64,000 nucleotides of DNA, from the NCBI GenBank assembly GCA_043228905.1, contig JBHGNT010000020.1, positions 992,001-1,056,000 of the forward strand, given 5' to 3'. Of this stretch, positions 58,630 to 64,000 are shown in pieces; the first letter of the stretch is position 1, and the number at the start of each line of letters is the position of its first letter. Under the pieces are notes generated by a model. That model did no database searches, was not told the origin of the DNA, and saw only the letters and a program-made list of their open reading frames with translations. This DNA comes from Azolla caroliniana (taxonomy: Eukaryota; Plantae; Polypodiophyta). A program made the translations under genes and the position numbers.

Positions 58630-61600
58630 GAAGATGTAGGTTTTGCCCACAACCCATATCCGGTACAGTGAGCTTGATGTGGTAACTATCATATTGTGAA
58701 ATGGAAACAAATTTAGGGTATATAGTAGAAAATATAGGTAATAGACTAGTTAGGAAAAATATTAAGTGGGCATATAAGGAGACATATGTTACTATGCTTG
58801 TCTTAGAGTTTCAAAAGTAACTTTAGGAGTTCATTCCACATAAATTTAAGAGTTATGGGCAAAATCCACAGTTCAAGGAATGTTACATAACAAATTAATA
58901 ATCTATATTTCAGATGATAAAAAGCATTAACCACTTTTTGTTTAACATTGGTTTGAGCTTGACCATGCAGACTCATTATTTTTTGGTCTTACCTTTAATC
59001 AACATTAAGTCGGGTTCGATGGTGTAGCCTCACAATCTAAGGCATCATGATACTTCTTTTTTACTGCAAGGTAAATTGATTATTTTATGTTAAGTACATA
59101 TAGTTCTAAGTCCAGTCGACTAATACTTCAAAGGCCTTCAACTATTACTTTGGTTTCCTATGCTTTCTAATCTTTAATGAAAACTTAGAACTAATTGTAT
59201 TCAAACTTGTCTACATTACCAATATTAGTTTAATCTCCTACATTTAGTGTTGTTCAATAATAACTTTCGACTTTTCTTCCAATGTGCATCATACTAATAA
59301 TGTTTTTATCCATGTTTAGTATTTTTAAATAATAACTTAGTACTGTCCTCCAATATGCATCAAGGCTAATTATGTATTTACCGATATTTAGTACTTTTAA
59401 ATAACAATGTAGTATTGTCCTCCCACGTGCATCAATACTAATTGTATATTTACCTATATTTAGTATTTTTATATAACAACTTAGTATTGTTTGTTCTATA
59501 TGCATCATCACTAATTGTTTATTCACCTACGCTTAATATTCAGAATAACAACTTAATATTGCTATCAAATGTGCATCAGTACTAATTATGTGTTTACCCA
59601 TGTTTACTTAGTATTGTCCTCCCATACGTGCGAGCACTGATTTTCTACCCACTTATGTTTAGTATTTATAAATTATAAATAATAACTTAGTACTGTCCTC
59701 CCACGTGCATCGATACTAATTGTGTATTCACCTAGGTTTAATATTTTTAAATAAAAACTTAACATTGTCCCCCCATATGTGTCAATACTAATTTTTTACT
59801 CACGTATGTTCAATATCTATAAATATAATTAGTACTATCCTCCCATGTGCATCAATACTAATTGTGTATTTACCTAAGTTTAGTATTTTTAAATAAAAAC
59901 TTAGTACAATCCTTCGATGTGCATCAGTACTAATTGCATATTTACCCAAATGTAGTATTTTGAAATAAAAACTTCGTACTATCCTCCCATGTGTGTCGAT
60001 ACTAATTTTCTACTCACTTATTTTTAGTGTTTTTAAATAACAACTTAGTACTATCCTCCCATGTGAAGCAATACTAATTGTCTATTCACGTGTTTAGTAT
60101 AAATATAAATAAAAACTTACTATTGTCCTCCCATGTGAATTAGTACTAATTGTCTATTCATGTATGTTTAGTATCTACAGGTAATAACATAGTATTGTCC
60201 TCCCATGTGCATCAGTACTAATTTACAACATAGTACTATCCTTAATTTACAACTTAGTATTGTCCTCCCACGTGCACAAGTACTTATTATGTTTTAAGCC
60301 ATGTAAAGTATTCTTAATTTACAACATAGTACTATCCTCCCACGTCTATCAGTACTAATTCTATTTTAACCCATGTTAAGTATTCTTAAGTTACAACTTA
60401 GTACTATCCTCTCACATGAATCAATACTAATTATGTTTTAAGCCATGTAAAGTATTCTTAATTTACAACTTAGTACTGTCCTCCCATGTGCACAAGTACT
60501 AATTATGTTTTAAGCCATGTAAAATATTCTTAATTTACAACTTAGTACTGTCCTCCCATGTCTATTAGTACTAATTCTGTTTTAAGCCATGTAAAATATT
60601 CTTAATTTACAACATAGTACTATCCTCCCACGTCTATCAATACTAATTCTGTTTTAGGCCATGTTAAGTATTCTTAATTTACAACTTGGTACTTTCTCTC
60701 ACATGAATCGGTACTAATTATGTTTTAAGCCATATTAAGTATTCTTAATTTACAACTTACTAATGTCCTCCCATGTGCACAAGTACTAATTATGGTTTAA
60801 GCCATGTAAAGTATTCTTAATTTACAACTTAGTACTATCTTCCCACATCTATCAATAGTAATTCTGTTTTAAGACATGTTAAGTATTCTTAATTTACAAC
60901 TTAGTAATGTCCTCCCACATGAATCAATATTAATTAAGTTTTAAGCCATGTTAAGTATTGTTCGGCTACATGTGATGTACTAAGTTAGTACTGTTACTAA
61001 TGTTTGTTGGCTACTTGTGATGCAAAATGCACAGGTACTTCTCACTGACCAACATTAGGATGCAATAGAACTACTTCAGGTCTGGACATGGAAAAGGAGA
61101 GCATGATGGGGTGGAGGTTGTGATCAAGCATGCTCTTATAAGGAAGAAGGTGGATAATAAAGGTGCTAAGTTACAAAATGCACGTAATGTTGTGAGGTAA
61201 CTGACGTGGAAGATGTCAAATGATGGTAAGAATATATTGTTTATTGAGATTCCTGCTAATGAGTTGGATAGAAGTAAATCATATGGCTGTAAAACCGTGA
61301 AAAAGACAATATTGTATACCACAACCTATGTACACTTTTATTGGAGATCATTTTGCAGTGCTAAAATCTCCTCAAATTGAAGATTTTGAATGAAGACTAC
61401 TACATTGTGGTGTGCAAGCAAGGGAACACAATATTGAAAGAAGTGATGAGGGATGTTTGATGCAACATGTCCAATATTGGGGAGTCTATCATCTATGGCA
61501 ACTATTATGCAAAGTTGCCACAATGCAAGAACACGTATGCATTATTGCAAGATACACCCACTACCATAATCTAGATGATGCCATTATCCCAATCAAGCTC

Positions 61601-61670
61601 ACTATGACTCAGGCAAAGCACGAGACTAAGGGATATAAAACTATCTACAAGGTCCCTCAATATGTACATT
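58630..61670 (+). pseudogene. Decayed, intron-containing Sola2-like DNA transposase
   Basis: Hand translation: YKET...EFIPHKF...QFKEC; YISDDKKH*PLFV*HWF; VGFDGVASQSK (cf. SDG.ASQFK). Intron 59071-61034 (AG|gtaaat...gcacag|G) joins in frame to YFSLTNIRMQ*NYFRSGHGKGEHDGVEVVIKHAL...KLQNARNVV. Confidence 0.75.
59230..60960. repeat. 72-bp minisatellite (~24 copies) inside the transposase intron
   Basis: cttaatttacaac recurs at 60241, 60313, 60385, 60457, 60529, 60601 etc.; core ttagtactgtcctcccatgtgcatcagtactaa. Confidence 0.93.
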
Positions 61671-61819
61671 AACACATATTTGGGGAGGTCTCCCTGTTTA
61701 ATGCTTGGACTTTTATCTATTAATACATTGTAGAAACCTTGTAGAATGGCAAGTGATCTTCAATTTCGTATGTAACTTCAGAAGTTATCCTAATTAGGGA
61801 TGACAAATTCATGAATATA

Positions 61820-62540
61820 TATCCTCTTTGGTTTTCATAAAGTGTTTGGTGATCTTATAGTCTTAACTGTTTCTAGTAATGTATATATCCTCTTTGGTTT
61901 GCATAAAGTGATTGGTGCTTATACAGTGTTAAATGTTTCTAGTAATATATTATCCTCTTTGGTTTTTATGAAGTGTTTGGTGTTGATATAATGTTAGATG
62001 TTTCTAGTAATGTATTATCTTCTTTGGTTTTCATAAAGTGATTGCTGCTCTTGTAGTGTTAATTGTATCCAGTAATGTATATATCCATTTTGGTGTTTGT
62101 TAAGTGTTTGATGCTCTTATAGTGTTAAATGTTTCTAGTAATGTAATATCCTCTTTGGTTTTCATAAAGTGTTTGGTGCTCTTATAGTGTTAATTGTTTC
62201 TAGTAATGTATTATCATCTTTGGTTTACATAAAGTGTTTGGTGCTCTTGTAGTGTTAACTGTTTCTAGTAAGGTATATATCCTCTTTGGTGTTCGTTAAG
62301 TGTTTGGTGCTCTTATAGTGGTAAATGTTTCTAATCCTCTTTGGTTTTCATAAAGTGTTTGGTGCTCTTATAGTGTTAACAGTTTCTAGTACAATATATA
62401 TCCTCTTTGATTTTCATAAAGTATTTGATGCTCTTAAAGTACTAACTGTTTCTAGTAATGTATATATCCTCGTTGGTTTTCATAAAGTGTTTGGTGCTCT
62501 TATAATGTTAATTGTTTCTAGTCATGTATCTCTCCTCTTT
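61820..62540. repeat. 65-66-bp minisatellite (~11 copies)
   Basis: atcctctttggttttcataaagtgtttggtgctcttatagtgttaactgtttctagtaatgtat at 61821, 61887, 61952, 62017, 62083 and onward. Confidence 0.93.
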
Positions 62541-62919
62541 TGTTCACTATAACAACTATTATGCAAAGTTGCAACGGTGGTCCTCCCACATATATGCTTT
62601 AGTAAAAGATGCACCCACGGCCAGAATCTATGTTGAGGCCATTATAGCAATCAAGTTCACTATGACTCAAAAAAAGCACAAGGTTAAGGGAAGTAAATTG
62701 TCTACAAGGTCCCTCAAGAGGTACATGATGTCATAAACATGTTTGGATTGTAATGGACTCCACATTCATCTTCTCATAAAACATCAAATTCATACTTAGA
62801 GAGAGTCTAACAAAAACAATGTCAGACATATCAATTCGACACATAATAAGTATAAAAAATATATATCATTTCGATATGACAATAACAAGTACAAACCATG
62901 ACCCATAAAATCTTTAGCA

Positions 62920-64000
62920 CTAGTATTTTCTGGTACTTGTAATGCATTGAGAACTGATCATCTCATTCATTGGTTTTACACCCTTCTGCATACTACTGAG
63001 TGGCACTTCATCATCGGAGGCCCATAGGACAACATCGGATGGTTCCCCTCCTCGGACTAGTGGCACCCCCCTTGAGTTTCCTACTTCATTGTTTACACCA
63101 ACATGAGATGCGGTTGATAGCAATATCTTCATGTACCTCCTGGGTGCCGCTGGATTCCTCGTCCTACATTTGGTGTGGATCCACTTCATGGGTGGTAGTG
63201 GTGATTTTCTGATACTCATCCTCGCTGACGTTGTACACATCTTTCTTAGTACCCATGTACTCATGGGTGGTAGTTGTGTTTTTCACACTCATCCGGGTGT
63301 TTTTCACACACTCATCCGGATGGTGTCATCCATATCTTTCTTAGTACCAATGTGTGCCTCTTCATGGGTGGTAGTGTTGTTTTTTGTAGATTCCTCCAAA
63401 GTAGTGTTATCCACATCTTTCTTAGTGCACATGTGCTCCTCTTCGTGGCTGGTAGTTGTCTTTTTTGCAAACTCATCCTGGATGGTGTTGTCCATTCTTT
63501 CTTAGTACCCATGTGCTCCTCGTGGACAATGCTAGAAACCTCATTCTTTGTATAGCTGTTCTCCTTTTCTAAATTGAATGTGATGTTTTCTTCACAATCC
63601 TCATGTGTGGTTGTCGTGTTGTTAGAGTCATCTTTTGTACAAGGCATAGTCACAATCTCGGAATCTTCATCTCTGCTCCATATAGTGCCTCAATCATCTT
63701 CATGTATTTGTTCATCTCCTAGTTCTTGTCTAACTAAATTTGAATGCACCCAACAATACCAGTGTCAATACTAATCTCAATTAACATACAAGATAAAGGC
63801 TCACACTCCGGCCTATTGTTACATCGGTGTGATCCTCTACTTCTGTAGACAGCTCTTTGCATGTGGTTGTGTTTGTCATGCCCTCCTCACCCTGATTGTC
63901 TATGGCATCCAACTCCTCAATAGTGCAAGGGATGGTGCTAGTCTCATGTTGGTGCTCTTCATCATTCCAAATTCCTTCTTCAATATTTGTATATGACTAT
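62920..64000 (-). pseudogene. Decayed acidic, low-complexity coding region with ~81-bp repeats (possible second TE ORF)
   Basis: Minus-strand fragments repeat HEE.H(M/I).TKKD.D..(I/T); unit starts near 63234, 63330, 63411, 63492; frames are broken. Confidence 0.4.

Noticed and set aside
59230-60960. CRISPR interpretation of the 72-bp hairpin repeat
   Set aside because: The sequences between hairpins are homologous rather than unique spacers.

Overview
Eukaryotic, plant-type heterochromatic window; the TE content suggests a moss or other early-diverging land plant, which is inference. No intact host protein-coding gene was found. (1) 1-41.6 kb is a tandem array (satellite) of a ~713-bp unit carrying a 72-nt tRNA-Gly(UCC) gene. 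I counted about 50 copies: four match the consensus exactly, and many others are mutated or truncated. Each unit is itself an old dimer, with an 'A' half holding the tRNA and a 'B' half holding a gap-free, decayed copy of the same tRNA and its flanks. The array is homogeneous at the left, has a 4-unit higher-order repeat, and is scrambled in the middle. It is interrupted by two Copia solo LTRs, a duplicated truncated Copia and a young full-length Ty1/Copia element with a single 2-bp frameshift. (2) 41.6-56.7 kb is a nest of LTR retrotransposons: a truncated Ty3/Gypsy (- strand) whose LTR is split by a second Copia, followed by a third, older Copia. (3) 57-64 kb holds a decayed, spliced Sola2-like DNA-transposon transposase with a 72-bp hairpin minisatellite filling its intron, plus other minisatellites. 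All alignments and counts were done by eye.
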